Shown: positions 26,292 to 35,121, counted from the first letter of the stretch. The stretch is 48,793 nucleotides of DNA from an archaeon (GCA_021811935.1 JAKAPW010000002.1:1-48793), one strand, 5' to 3'. Numbers and translations are program-made. Notes: generated by a model from the letters alone, not told the origin.

Positions 26292-26534
26292 TCAGCGTCC
26301 GGCGGGGCGCTTGCCGGCCCATTCGGTGTAACTGCACCTGCCGCAGTAGTACCTGTCCGCGTGCTGCGCCATGAAGACACCCCTGCCGCAGCGGGGGCAT
26401 TCCCTCTTCAGCCTCTCCACCTTGCCGTCCTTGACCTGGTAGAACTTGTAGACCTTGGGGCTGACCTTCTTCTTTTTGGGCTTCCTGGCCGCGCGCGGCT
26501 TCGGAGCCTCCACCTCTGCTGCTTCTTCGGACAA
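26292..26534 (-). CDS. rps27ae: Ribosomal protein eS31 (S27ae)
   Basis: Zinc ribbon [22 protein letters not shown] after a Lys-rich N-terminus. Confidence 0.9.
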   Translation of the reverse strand: MSEEAAEVEAPKPRAARKPKKKKVSPKVYKFYQVKDGKVERLKRECPRCGRGVFMAQHADRYYCGRCSYTEWAGKRPAGR

Positions 26535-26552
26535 TCAGACATCACGCAACCG

Positions 26553-26894
26553 TTACTTCTTCTGGGCGGCCACCTTGGGGGCCTTATTCTTCTTCATTTC
26601 GTCCAGGAGCTTCTTCCTGTCCTCCTTGGCCAGGTTCCTTGCGAAGACGAACTTCGGGAGCTGGCTGCGCGCCGTCTTGGCATCCGGGTAGACGTAGAAC
26701 CTTCCGACGAAATCCTTGGACCCATGGCCGCACCTGAGGCTCATCGGCACCACCAGCTCTTCCGCGGTGGACAGGTCCGCCGCCACCATCTTCTGCGCCT
26801 GGGTCCTGGTGAGCAGGCCCGCGGACTCCTCGAAGAGATAGGTCACCTCTTTCCGCCCGAGCGCCGGGTTATCCTTGGTTTCGAGCCTCTTCAT
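26553..26894 (-). CDS. rps24e: Ribosomal protein eS24 (S24e)
   Basis: NPALGRKEVTYLF...GHGSKDFVGRFYVYPD...; typical S24e length and position. Confidence 0.9.
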   Translation of the reverse strand: MKRLETKDNPALGRKEVTYLFEESAGLLTRTQAQKMVAADLSTAEELVVPMSLRCGHGSKDFVGRFYVYPDAKTARSQLPKFVFARNLAKEDRKKLLDEMKKNKAPKVAAQKK

Positions 26895-26927
26895 GGGCCG
26901 TTCAGACCTCCACCTAAAAGTCTACCC

Positions 26928-26936
26928 TTTATAAAA
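26928..26936 (-). promoter_or_regulatory. TATA box upstream of the rps24e-rps27ae unit
   Basis: Minus-strand TTTTATAAA, 34-42 nt upstream of the ATG at 26894. Confidence 0.45.
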
Positions 26937-26952
26937 GGAGCGGCGGCGCGCT

Positions 26953-27462
26953 TCATGGGCCTGCCGCCCACCCCATTTCACGAAGCAGGGACAGGACGCC
27001 CTCCCTCTTCCCGCCGTCCACCTCCACCGCCACCAGCCCCTCCCCGGGCTGCCCGTAGAGCACCAGCGCCCCCCGGGGCGCATGCATGACGCAGGGGAGC
27101 ACCAGCAGGTCCTCCTCCCCCTCCACGACTATCCTGGTCCTGCGCCCCCCCGCCAGCGCGCCTTCTATGGCACGCGTCGCCTCCTCCGTTATGCGGCCGG
27201 CCGGATTGGCCACCCTGATTTCGCCCGACCCGTCGCCGGGCAGCGGAGGGGCGTTTCGTCTCATCTCCCTGTTGTCCACTATCTGCAGGAGCGGCTCGAG
27301 CCCCGCCTCCATGCAGCGCAGCGCGGTGCGGTCGCCCACCGCCACGACGGGGCGGCCCGGGAGGGACCTCAGGTAGGCTGCCACTTCGGCGTCCGGTATG
27401 AGCGTGCCCAGCGGCTCCCTGAGCCTGGCCCGGAGACCCTCGTCCGGGACAAGGTCCTTCAA
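26953..27462 (-). CDS. GTP-dependent dephospho-CoA kinase (DUF359 family)
   Basis: VVAVGDRTALRCMEAGLEPLLQIVDNREMRR and VVEGEEDLLVLP motifs. It occupies the conserved position between spt4 and rps24e. Confidence 0.8.
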   Translation of the reverse strand: MKDLVPDEGLRARLREPLGTLIPDAEVAAYLRSLPGRPVVAVGDRTALRCMEAGLEPLLQIVDNREMRRNAPPLPGDGSGEIRVANPAGRITEEATRAIEGALAGGRRTRIVVEGEEDLLVLPCVMHAPRGALVLYGQPGEGLVAVEVDGGKREGVLSLLREMGWAAGP

Positions 27463-27465
27463 GAG

Positions 27466-27654
27466 CTAACTCACTTGGAGGGCGTACCTTCCAGGCTTCT
27501 TCAGGTTCAGCGTCGAGGCCACGTCGGAACCCTCGGGCTCGAACATGATCACCAGGCCCTTCCAGTTCTCCGAGAGGTCGTCTGAGCCGCACACCGGGCA
27601 GACCCTCCCCTGGGTCACGGCAAGGCACTTCCTGCAGGCGAGCTCCCTAGGCAT
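27466..27654 (-). CDS. spt4: Transcription elongation factor Spt4 (RpoE'')
   Basis: 62 aa with zinc ribbon CRKC...CPVCGS. Lies directly downstream of rpoE'. Confidence 0.9.
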   Translation of the reverse strand: MPRELACRKCLAVTQGRVCPVCGSDDLSENWKGLVIMFEPEGSDVASTLNLKKPGRYALQVS

Positions 27655-28222
27655 CTTTCTTCTTCTGCCCCCCTTCCTTCTTCGCCGTGTCTTCCTGTAT
27701 CCATTCCAGCGCGCCCAGGAAAGGCTGCCTGCAGGTGACGCCTATCTTGCCCATCGAGATGCCCCTGCTCAGGCTCACGGCTGTTATCCTTATCCTCACC
27801 TTCGAGCCCACGGCGAGCTTCCGTCCGCTGTTGGTCCCCGAAATTATCCCCTGCTTCAGGTCCGCCGAAATGTAGTCGTCCATTATCTGGGATATGTGCA
27901 GCAGCGAGTCGGCGGGGCCTATCCTGATGAAGGCGCCGAACTCGGTTATCTCGACCACTTCCCCTTCGACTATCTCCTGCAGCCTGGGTTCGAAGGCCAG
28001 GACGCTGAACGTGGCCCTGTGGTAGGTTCCGCCGTCACCCTGAATCAGCTTGCCGACGGGCTCCACCGACACGTCGCTGACCAGGATTATGTAGCCGAAC
28101 TCGGGGGTGAGCGTGCTTTCGTACCTCATCTTGAGGATCTCCACGGCCACCTCCGCCAGCGGGCCGTTGAACTTCTCGGGAGGAATCCTCACCACGTCGC
28201 TCAAGGATATGAGCTGAAACAA
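27647..28222 (-). CDS. rpo7: DNA-directed RNA polymerase subunit Rpo7 (E')
   Basis: MFQLISLSDVVRIPPEKF N-terminus and S1 domain GEVVEITEFGAFIRIGP.DSLLHISQ. Confidence 0.95.
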   Translation of the reverse strand: MFQLISLSDVVRIPPEKFNGPLAEVAVEILKMRYESTLTPEFGYIILVSDVSVEPVGKLIQGDGGTYHRATFSVLAFEPRLQEIVEGEVVEITEFGAFIRIGPADSLLHISQIMDDYISADLKQGIISGTNSGRKLAVGSKVRIRITAVSLSRGISMGKIGVTCRQPFLGALEWIQEDTAKKEGGQKKKDA

Positions 28223-28300
28223 TGTCGCCTCGAACCTCTATGGATGCTTTCCACCAAAAATCCCGCGCAAATCGTCCCTTTGCACGTATTTTAAACTTTT

Positions 28301-28672
28301 TTAGGGTTCCGGTCCCAGCAGCGCGAACCTGTCCCCCCTGAGCGTCAGCACTGGCACCCCCCTGCCCCTGAGCCTGCCGATCAGCTCGGCGTCCATGGTG
28401 GCCACGGCGGACCCCCCCTTTGAGGCCAGGTCCACCAGGGAGCCGTCGACCTCTCCCGCCGCGTCCACCTGCCTCTGCTTCGAAGCGAAGGACAGCGCGG
28501 ACCGGGCGAGCCTGGACCGCCTGCCCGTGCCCGCCGTCATGGAGCGGAGCTCCGCCATGACAGTGGCGGGGACGGCGAAATCGAACCTTCCGACGAGCTC
28601 GACCAGCCGGTCCAGGTCGACCGGCTTCTCGGCCATGAGCAGCAGCAGGCTGGTGTCGAGCAGGACGATCAT
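28301..28672 (-). CDS. PIN-domain protein (the conserved partner of aIF2-gamma/Rpo7 clusters)
   Basis: MIVLLDTSLL (first acidic PIN residue) and ATMDAELIGRL. The ATG overlaps the aIF2-gamma stop (ATGA). Confidence 0.8.
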   Translation of the reverse strand: MIVLLDTSLLLLMAEKPVDLDRLVELVGRFDFAVPATVMAELRSMTAGTGRRSRLARSALSFASKQRQVDAAGEVDGSLVDLASKGGSAVATMDAELIGRLRGRGVPVLTLRGDRFALLGPEP

Positions 28673-30390
28673 GCCGTCGTCAGGACGCCCGACCCTATGA
28701 GCCTCCACCTGTCCGCGACCCTCCTGCTGATGGCGACCTTCGCGTCGGGAGGGGGGCATACGGGCTTGGCCAGCTTCACGGTGACCACGTTGCCCCTGAG
28801 CTGGACGACGGAGCCGGCCGTGGTGGCGGTGGCCACGTTCAGCCGGAGCACTTCGCCCATCTTGATCGGCTCCACCTTTATGGCCTGTGGCGCCCCGACC
28901 ACGGAGCCGAAGAGCGAGGTCTTCATCTCGACCTGGCCCAGCTCCTCCGGAAGCGTCCCCGGCGGGCCTATGAGGCACCCCACGAGCGAGTCGCTCCTGG
29001 TGAAGGAGGGGTCGAGCGACGTGCCGATGGCTACGAGCCCCCCAGGGTGCACCTCGTCCACCAGGCCGGCGCTGGTCCCCAGGCTGACCACCTTGGTGAC
29101 CACGGACGTGTACTTCCCCTTGGCGGAGTCGTAGATGCCGGGCTTCACTTCGACCTCGTCCCCCGTCTTCAGCTTCCCCTTCATGAGCGTCCCCCCGACC
29201 ACGCCGCCCTTCACGTCGGCTATGGGCGTCCCCGGCATGTTCACGTCGAAGGACCTCAGGACGGACATGAACGGGATGGAGTCCGGGTCCCTGGGGGGGG
29301 TCGGTATGACCCGTTCCATCGCCTCTATCAGCGCGTCTATGTTCAGCCTCTTCTGGGCCGATATGGGTATTATCCGCGAGTCCTTGAAGCCATAGGAGTC
29401 CAGGAAGGCCCTTATCCTCTCCATGTTCTCCAGCGCCTGGGCGTACGAGACGAGGTCGACCTTGTTCTGGGCGACCACTATGTTCTTCACCCCGACCATC
29501 TGCAGCGCCTGGACGTGCTCCTTCGTCTGCGGCTGCGGCACGGGCTCGTTGGCCGCTATCACGAGCAGCGCGCCGTCCATGAGCGCCGCGCCGCAGAGCA
29601 TGTTGGCCATCAGGCTTTCGTGCCCCGGGCTGTCGACCATGCTTATGACCCGCTCCAGCTTCGCCTCTCCGCCGCAGCCGTCGCATTCGCCGGCCGTGTT
29701 GTAGCAGGCAGGGGGGCTGCAGCCGGTGCACCGGTAGACCGCAGCGTCGGCATAGCCCACCCTTATGGTGATGCCGCGACGCAGCTCCTCGCTGTGCGCG
29801 GAGGTCCACTTCCCCGTGAGCGCTTCGGTCAGCGTGGTGTTGTGGCAGACTATCCCGCCGTCCCCCGACACGAAGTTCGCGAAGGGAGGCACGGTGAGGT
29901 CGAAGATGGGCCCCTCGTAGCGGCGGACGGATATCCTGGACACGCGCTCGACCTCCATCCCGGGGCCGTCCACGTACGCTATGCCCTGCCCCTCGCCCAG
30001 CTCCCTGGCCTTCGTCCACGCCAGCCCGCGGCGCCCCTCTGACAGCAGCGGGTGACCGGGGGTGACCGAGACCCTGCGCCCCGAGGACGTCTCCACGGTG
30101 TACATGGCGCCGGCATATTCCTGGACGTAGAGGAAAGGCGAGGTCCTGACCACCCGCAGCCCGTCGTCCAGGCCCGCCACCGTGGCCCCTTCCAGGGAGA
30201 AGAAGGAGCCGCCGTCGAAGTCGCACAGGTGTGACCCCTCGGCGCGGGCCGCCAGCTCCCTGCCGGTGATCGGGGACCCGTCCACAACCACTGTTTCGTC
30301 AAAGGCAAGGCATTTGCCGTGGTCAACGTGCCCCGCTGTGCCTATGTTCACCTCGGGTTGCTTGGGTATCTTCCTGGTGGCTTGAGACAT
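28669..30390 (-). CDS. eif2g: Translation initiation factor aIF2 gamma subunit, interrupted by a mini-intein
   Basis: GTAGHVDHGK ... TTLTEALTGKW, zinc knuckle CTGCSPPACYNTAGECDGCGG, DSPGHE and NKVDL. Residues 27-184 form the intein. Confidence 0.95.
   Translation of the reverse strand: MSQATRKIPKQPEVNIGTAGHVDHGKCLAFDETVVVDGSPITGRELAARAEGSHLCDFDGGSFFSLEGATVAGLDDGLRVVRTSPFLYVQEYAGAMYTVETSSGRRVSVTPGHPLLSEGRRGLAWTKARELGEGQGIAYVDGPGMEVERVSRISVRRYEGPIFDLTVPPFANFVSGDGGIVCHNTTLTEALTGKWTSAHSEELRRGITIRVGYADAAVYRCTGCSPPACYNTAGECDGCGGEAKLERVISMVDSPGHESLMANMLCGAALMDGALLVIAANEPVPQPQTKEHVQALQMVGVKNIVVAQNKVDLVSYAQALENMERIRAFLDSYGFKDSRIIPISAQKRLNIDALIEAMERVIPTPPRDPDSIPFMSVLRSFDVNMPGTPIADVKGGVVGGTLMKGKLKTGDEVEVKPGIYDSAKGKYTSVVTKVVSLGTSAGLVDEVHPGGLVAIGTSLDPSFTRSDSLVGCLIGPPGTLPEELGQVEMKTSLFGSVVGAPQAIKVEPIKMGEVLRLNVATATTAGSVVQLRGNVVTVKLAKPVCPPPDAKVAISRRVADRWRLIGSGVLTTA
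29839..30312 (-). mobile_element. Mini-intein (158 aa) in the aIF2-gamma P-loop
   Basis: Begins CLAFDETVVV immediately after GHVDHGK. Block B is VTPGHPLL (TxxH) and block F is IFDLTVPPFANFVSG. It ends GIVCHN and is followed by Thr (TTLTEALTG). The N codon is AAC at 29841..29839. Confidence 0.85.
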
Positions 30391-30439
30391 GAGTGTCAGG
30401 ATATCCAGTCGTACTATTGATAAACGTTGGGCCGTGGCG

Positions 30440-30823
30440 CTAGGCCGGCTTCGGAGCGGGCTGTTCCGCCTGCGGGAGCTCCCCCTCGACCAGCGAGGCG
30501 TTGATCTGGTAGATGTCGTCGGTCACCGTGTTCCCCCTGACCATCTTGCGCCTCCTGAAGCCCTTCTTCGCCCCCCTTATGCCTGGCGGGCCGGCCAGGA
30601 GGACGTGCTTCTTCACCCCTCCGTGCACGTCCGGCCTCATGGGGAAGCCGGACCTGTCGCTCCCCCCGGTGATTTTTATCTTGCCCTTCACCCCGACGGC
30701 GCCGGCGTCGACGACGTCCCCTATCTTCAGCCCGACGAAGAACTGGGACTTCTGGTCCTTCATCTCAAGCTTGGCCGACTTCCTGGTCTTCGGGTCGGAA
30801 AGGACCACGAGAAACGCTGGCAA
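30440..30823 (-). CDS. rps6e: Ribosomal protein eS6 (S6e)
   Basis: ITGGSDRSGFPMRPDVHGGVKKHVLL and RRRKMVRGNTV motifs. Confidence 0.9.
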   Translation of the reverse strand: MPAFLVVLSDPKTRKSAKLEMKDQKSQFFVGLKIGDVVDAGAVGVKGKIKITGGSDRSGFPMRPDVHGGVKKHVLLAGPPGIRGAKKGFRRRKMVRGNTVTDDIYQINASLVEGELPQAEQPAPKPA

Positions 30824-30886
30824 ACTCTTTCTTCCTGCCTCTTGCCAAGCTGCAAAGACGATGTAGATATAACGTTTTCCGAGCGA

Positions 30887-33763
30887 TCAGTATCCGTAGA
30901 GCGTCTGGACGTTCCTCCTCACCTTGATTATCTCCTTGAGGAGGTCCTTCTCTTCGACCGTCAGCCTGTCTTCGAACTTGGTCAGCATCAGCCTGGCGTC
31001 CTTGCTGGCCGGGAGGGTGTAGAGGGTCTCGCCCTCCCTTATCTGCCGTCCCATGGTGGGCTCCTTCATGGACACGGCCGCCTGCCCGCCGGCCTCGACC
31101 TCGGCTACCTGGGACCCTTCGTTCTGTATCTGCTGGACCTTCCCGACCTCCTTCCCCTCGGAGTTCATGACGGGCGCCTTCTGGGCCAGCTTCCCGGCCA
31201 GCACCTCGACCCCGAAGACCGCGGGGCTGTTCCTCCTGAAGACGTGGCCCTTGAGCACCGTGAACTTGGCCGGGAAGACGGCGGAGGAGAGGGTGGCCCT
31301 CGCCTCCTCCTCCCTCTCCTGGAGCTTCCAGGCTTCGTACGAATCGATCAGGCTGTAGATCACCCTGTCCTCGAACAGCTTCACCCCCCTCGTCTCCGCA
31401 TCGTTCCTGACGTCTTCGAAGATCTTCACGTTGAACGAAAGCACCACCCCCAGATATCTGTCAGAATTGCTGACGCTGGAGGCCTGTATGACGTCCTTCT
31501 TGTTGACCGGCCCGATGTCCGCGATCCTGATGGGCGTGCCGTTCTTCCTGACCAGCGCGGTTATCGCTTCCAGGGTCCCCAGCGTGTCCGCCTTGATGAC
31601 CACCCCGAGCTGGTCCTTCTCGACGAAGGCGCTCTTCACCTCGGCGAAGACCGAGGCCCTGGCCTCGGATTCGTTCATCCCGTCGTCCAGGCCCAGGAGG
31701 GGGGAGCCGGCGAGGACCCCGTCCAGGCTGGGGGCCGTCACCTTGACCCCCGCGGCCGCCCGCACGCCCTGCACCGGCTCGAACCTGTCGCGTGGGTCCC
31801 TCATCTCGTCGAGCGGCTTCGGCATCAGGAGGGCCCTCACCTTCAGTATCTCCGCCCCGTCCCTCTTCGCGACCGCGACCCTCGACCCGACGCGCAGGAC
31901 GCCGTCGGTCAGTATCACGTTGGCCGTCGCCCCGAGCCCGGGCTCCTCCTTGACCTCCAGGACTATCCCCTTTGTCCCCTTGCCCGCCACCAGCTTCTGT
32001 GCCATGTGCTGCTGGGTGAGCCCGACCAGGAGGGCGAGGAGCTCCGGTATGCCTTCGCCCGTCTCGGCGCTGACAGGCACTATGGAGACCTCCTTCGTGA
32101 AGTCCTTCACCCTGTAGTAGGCTTCGCTGCTGAACCCGAGCGTCGAAAGCTGCCCCACCACCCTGTATATGGCGTCGTCCAGCCTGTCGACCGTGACCTT
32201 TTCGAGCTCCGACGCCGCCTGCTTCACCAGCCTGCCGTGCTTGGGTCTCCAGCCCGGAAGGAGGTCGACCTTGTTCAGGGCCACCAGGAAGGGCACCTTC
32301 CTGCTGCGGAGTATCTCGATCGATTCGAAGCTCTGCGGCTCCAGGCCCTTCGTGATGTCCACCACCAGGATGGCTATGTCCGCGGCCGAGCCTCCCCTGC
32401 TCCTGAGGTTGGCGAACGCCTCGTGCCCCGGCGTGTCGATCACCAGGATGCCCGGTATCCTGACCTGCCCGCCGAAGAGCCCCACCAGGGGGCCGCATAT
32501 TTCGGCAAGCGTCTCCGGGGGGAAGAAGCTGGCGCCTATGTGCTGCGTGATGCCGCCCGCCTCCCTGACCTGGACCGCCGTGCCGCGGATTTCGTCGAGG
32601 AGGGAGGTGTTGTGGGCCACCATGCAGTTCGCGACGAAGTTGTGATTCTTTTCGACCGTGAAGTCGTAGACGGTGCAGGGGCCCGGCACCCTGTCCTTGC
32701 CCGTCACGCGCGCGAGGCCGACCGAATCTCCCAGGTAGCGCCGCTCCTCGAGCAGGACGAGCCCCTCCCCCGTCGGGCGCAGGCCGCCCATGGCCGCGCC
32801 GCGGCCCAGCCCCAGCAGGCGGCCGTCCGCCGACGAAATGTGGAGTGAGCCATGGCGCCACTCCGGGAGGATGCCCACCCGGGGGAGCAGCAGGGCCAGC
32901 CAGGCCGCCTGTTCCCCGTTCCCCCTGTGCCTGAAACCGGCCCCGCCCTCCGCGGCGACGAAGGCCCCGGCCACGTATTCGGCTGTCAGCTCCTCGTCGG
33001 CCACCTGCAGGAAGCGCGGCGGGCCGGACGAAGCGGGGAGGGCCAGCGGGTCCGACCGGGCGGAGCCCATGAAGCGGAAGAAGCGCCTCATCTCCTCCCT
33101 CCGTCTCGGGAAGGGCACGGCGCACTGCCCTGCTCTGACGGAGACGGTGTGCGCCGAAGCGAAGGACGGGCCGCGGCCGGGGGGGAGGCGCTCCAATACC
33201 TCCCGGACGGGTATCCAGCCGTCGACGAAGCCTGCCCCGCGCTCCGCAAGGACACTCCTCAGGCCTGCGTCGGGGCGGGCGGAGAAGCCGTCGGCCAGGG
33301 ATTCGAAGAGGGCGGTCCTGGCGGCGCGCCAGCCGGGCCGCCGGGCGCTCCTGCCCAGCGGGACCAGGAGGCGGTCTCCGGTTTCGAGCCGGTCTGCCCT
33401 GACGTAGGCGAACCGCCCGTCCGGCCTCAGCGCCAGGCAGGGGTGCTCTTCGGTGACCACGATGTCCAGGCCCGCGTCGGTCCTGACCCTGAGCGCAGCG
33501 GGGGAGGTCCTGCGCCACACGTGGGTGACCTTCGCACCGGAGAGGCGGCCGTCCGGCGAGAGCGACAGCAGGCGGAGGCCCCTCGCCGCGTACACCTCTT
33601 CGGGGTGCGGGAGCCTGGGGCCCTTCCTGTATCCTTCGAAAGCGTCATGCGCCCGCAGAAGCCGCCCGTCCGCGGTCTCCAGCATCACGTCTGGCCCGAC
33701 GCACTTGCCCGCGTCCACATGACCTAGCACCACCACTATGGGCTGACGAAGCGTCGACTCCAC
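30887..33763 (-). CDS. infB: Translation initiation factor aIF5B (InfB), interrupted by an intein
   Basis: VVLGHVDAGK ... TSLLDEIRGTAVQVREAGGITQHIGA, DTPGHEAF, NKVDLL and C-terminal beta-barrel domains. Residues 21-385 form the intein. Confidence 0.95.
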   Translation of the reverse strand: MESTLRQPIVVVLGHVDAGKCVGPDVMLETADGRLLRAHDAFEGYRKGPRLPHPEEVYAARGLRLLSLSPDGRLSGAKVTHVWRRTSPAALRVRTDAGLDIVVTEEHPCLALRPDGRFAYVRADRLETGDRLLVPLGRSARRPGWRAARTALFESLADGFSARPDAGLRSVLAERGAGFVDGWIPVREVLERLPPGRGPSFASAHTVSVRAGQCAVPFPRRREEMRRFFRFMGSARSDPLALPASSGPPRFLQVADEELTAEYVAGAFVAAEGGAGFRHRGNGEQAAWLALLLPRVGILPEWRHGSLHISSADGRLLGLGRGAAMGGLRPTGEGLVLLEERRYLGDSVGLARVTGKDRVPGPCTVYDFTVEKNHNFVANCMVAHNTSLLDEIRGTAVQVREAGGITQHIGASFFPPETLAEICGPLVGLFGGQVRIPGILVIDTPGHEAFANLRSRGGSAADIAILVVDITKGLEPQSFESIEILRSRKVPFLVALNKVDLLPGWRPKHGRLVKQAASELEKVTVDRLDDAIYRVVGQLSTLGFSSEAYYRVKDFTKEVSIVPVSAETGEGIPELLALLVGLTQQHMAQKLVAGKGTKGIVLEVKEEPGLGATANVILTDGVLRVGSRVAVAKRDGAEILKVRALLMPKPLDEMRDPRDRFEPVQGVRAAAGVKVTAPSLDGVLAGSPLLGLDDGMNESEARASVFAEVKSAFVEKDQLGVVIKADTLGTLEAITALVRKNGTPIRIADIGPVNKKDVIQASSVSNSDRYLGVVLSFNVKIFEDVRNDAETRGVKLFEDRVIYSLIDSYEAWKLQEREEEARATLSSAVFPAKFTVLKGHVFRRNSPAVFGVEVLAGKLAQKAPVMNSEGKEVGKVQQIQNEGSQVAEVEAGGQAAVSMKEPTMGRQIREGETLYTLPASKDARLMLTKFEDRLTVEEKDLLKEIIKVRRNVQTLYGY
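32609..33703 (-). mobile_element. Intein (365 aa) in the aIF5B P-loop with a probably decayed LAGLIDADG-type endonuclease region
   Basis: Begins CVGPDVMLET after GHVDAGK. Block B is VVTEEHPCL and block F is VYDFTVEKNHNFVAN. It ends CMVAHN and is followed by Thr (TSLLD). The central EYVAGAFVAAEGGAGF is a weak LAGLIDADG-like motif. Confidence 0.85.
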
Positions 33764-33790
33764 ACCCGGTCATTCCCTGTGGCCTCGGAG

Positions 33791-34192
33791 CTACCCGAAT
33801 ATAACTTTAGATTCCCTGTCGAAGCTTTCCTTCGAATCGGAAGCGTGGATGCAGTTGTCCGTGAACCCGAGCGACAGGTCGCCCCTGACCGTCCCGGGAG
33901 GGGCCTTCGCGGAGTCAGTGCTCCCGATGATCAGCCGGACCACCGAGACGGCGTCCCGCCCCTCCAGCATCGCGGCCGCGACGGGGCCGGACGTTACGAA
34001 CTGCACCAGTTCCCCGAAGAACGGCTTGTCGGCATGCACGGAATAGAACTCCTCCGCCTTCTCCCTGTCCATCTGCAGCATCCTGAGGGCGACGAGCTTC
34101 AGCCCCTTCCTTTCGAACCTGGCCAGGACTTCGCCGGTGAGGCCCCTTCTGACGCAGTCCGGCTTCACGACTATGAGCGTCCTGTCAGTCAC
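33791..34192 (-). CDS. ndk: Nucleoside diphosphate kinase
   Basis: [26 protein letters not shown] and the active-site NCIHASDS. The GTG start overlaps the rpl24e stop (GTGA). Confidence 0.9.
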   Translation of the reverse strand: MTDRTLIVVKPDCVRRGLTGEVLARFERKGLKLVALRMLQMDREKAEEFYSVHADKPFFGELVQFVTSGPVAAAMLEGRDAVSVVRLIIGSTDSAKAPPGTVRGDLSLGFTDNCIHASDSKESFDRESKVIFG

Positions 34193-34383
34193 AGCCCCTT
34201 GCCTCCCTTGACGTGCTTGGTCGTCCATTTCAGCTTCCTGGGGTCGCGGCGCAGCTTCAGGTGGTTCATCCTGCACTTCGAGCTGCAGTACTGCAACACG
34301 GACCCGTCGTTCTTGACCAGCGTCAGGCCGGTCCCGGGCATGATGTCCTTCCCGCAAAAGGAGCACTTTTTCACGCTCAGCAA
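34189..34383 (-). CDS. rpl24e: Ribosomal protein eL24 (L24e)
   Basis: [13 protein letters not shown]...YCSSKC zinc-ribbon pattern; 64 aa. Confidence 0.9.
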   Translation of the reverse strand: MLSVKKCSFCGKDIMPGTGLTLVKNDGSVLQYCSSKCRMNHLKLRRDPRKLKWTTKHVKGGKGL

Positions 34384-34390
34384 GCAGCAC

Positions 34391-34603
34391 TCACTTTATC
34401 TTGCGCGCCTCGCGCTCCGTCTCCCTCAGCATGAGGATGTCCCCGGCGCGTATGGGGCCCTTCACGTTCCTGGTCAGGATCCTGCCCTTGTCCTTCCCCT
34501 CCATTATCCTCACCCTGACCTGGGTTATTTCGCCCGCCACGCCGGTCCTACCCACCACCTGTATCACCTCGGCGGGCGTGGTCTTCTCTGAAGAGCCCTC
34601 CAT
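34391..34603 (-). CDS. rps28e: Ribosomal protein eS28 (S28e)
   Basis: [23 protein letters not shown]...[28 protein letters not shown]. Confidence 0.9.
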   Translation of the reverse strand: MEGSSEKTTPAEVIQVVGRTGVAGEITQVRVRIMEGKDKGRILTRNVKGPIRAGDILMLRETEREARKIK

Positions 34604-34609
34604 TCAGCA

Positions 34610-35011
34610 TCAGCTCGACTTGGATTTTGACAGGGAGGAGAGTATCTGTTCGACCAGGGGCTGGGCTTCGCCGGTCTCCACTATGACGCAGGCGGCGGAC
34701 GGGACGTCGATCCCAAGGCTTTCGCCCAGCTGCTGCTTCGAAGAGACATAGAGGTAGGGCGTCTTCCTCTCCTCGGCCAGCAGGGGTAGATGGGCCACCA
34801 CCTCGGGCGGGTCGACGTCTTCGGCGACGACCACCAGCTTGGCCACCCCCCTTTCTATGGCCTTGGTAGCCTCGTTCGTCCCCTTTCTGACCTTCCCGGT
34901 CTGCCTGGCCTGTCTCACGGCTTCGTATGCCGCTTCCACCAGTTCCTTCGGGGTCTCGAATCTGACGTAGTTCGCTTTGCCTGCAACACCTTGCTCAGGG
35001 CTCATCCTCAC
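34610..35011 (-). CDS. rpl7ae: Ribosomal protein L7Ae (eL8), K-turn binding
   Basis: [41 protein letters not shown]...PY.YV. Confidence 0.95.
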   Translation of the reverse strand: MRMSPEQGVAGKANYVRFETPKELVEAAYEAVRQARQTGKVRKGTNEATKAIERGVAKLVVVAEDVDPPEVVAHLPLLAEERKTPYLYVSSKQQLGESLGIDVPSAACVIVETGEAQPLVEQILSSLSKSKSS

Positions 35012-35044
35012 AAATCACCCTAGAAGTCCCCTCCGGGATAGGAG

Positions 35045-35052
35045 TTTTATAG
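35045..35052 (-). promoter_or_regulatory. TATA box upstream of rpl7ae
   Basis: Minus-strand CTATAAAA, 34-41 nt upstream of the ATG at 35011. Confidence 0.4.
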
Positions 35053-35090
35053 TTTTCGTGAAGAATGTCCGGCGCGCTCCATCAAAAAGG

Positions 35091-35098
35091 CTTAAAAT
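35091..35098 (+). promoter_or_regulatory. TATA box upstream of tRNA-Arg
   Basis: CTTAAAAT ends 24 nt before tRNA position 1 (35122). Confidence 0.5.
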
Positions 35099-35121
35099 CG
35101 CCGGTTCCGGCGTCCCTTCTC

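Noticed and set aside
28673-30226. The N-terminal 518 aa of the 641-aa ORF 28301..30226.
   Set aside because: Only the last 123 aa (from the ATG at 28672) form the PIN protein. The upstream part overlaps aIF2-gamma in another frame and is Arg/Gly-rich.
30389-32848. 819-aa plus-strand ORF antisense to rps6e and aIF5B.
   Set aside because: Same GC-artefact composition (runs of R, P, G, L, H). The opposite strand encodes unmistakable S6e and aIF5B.
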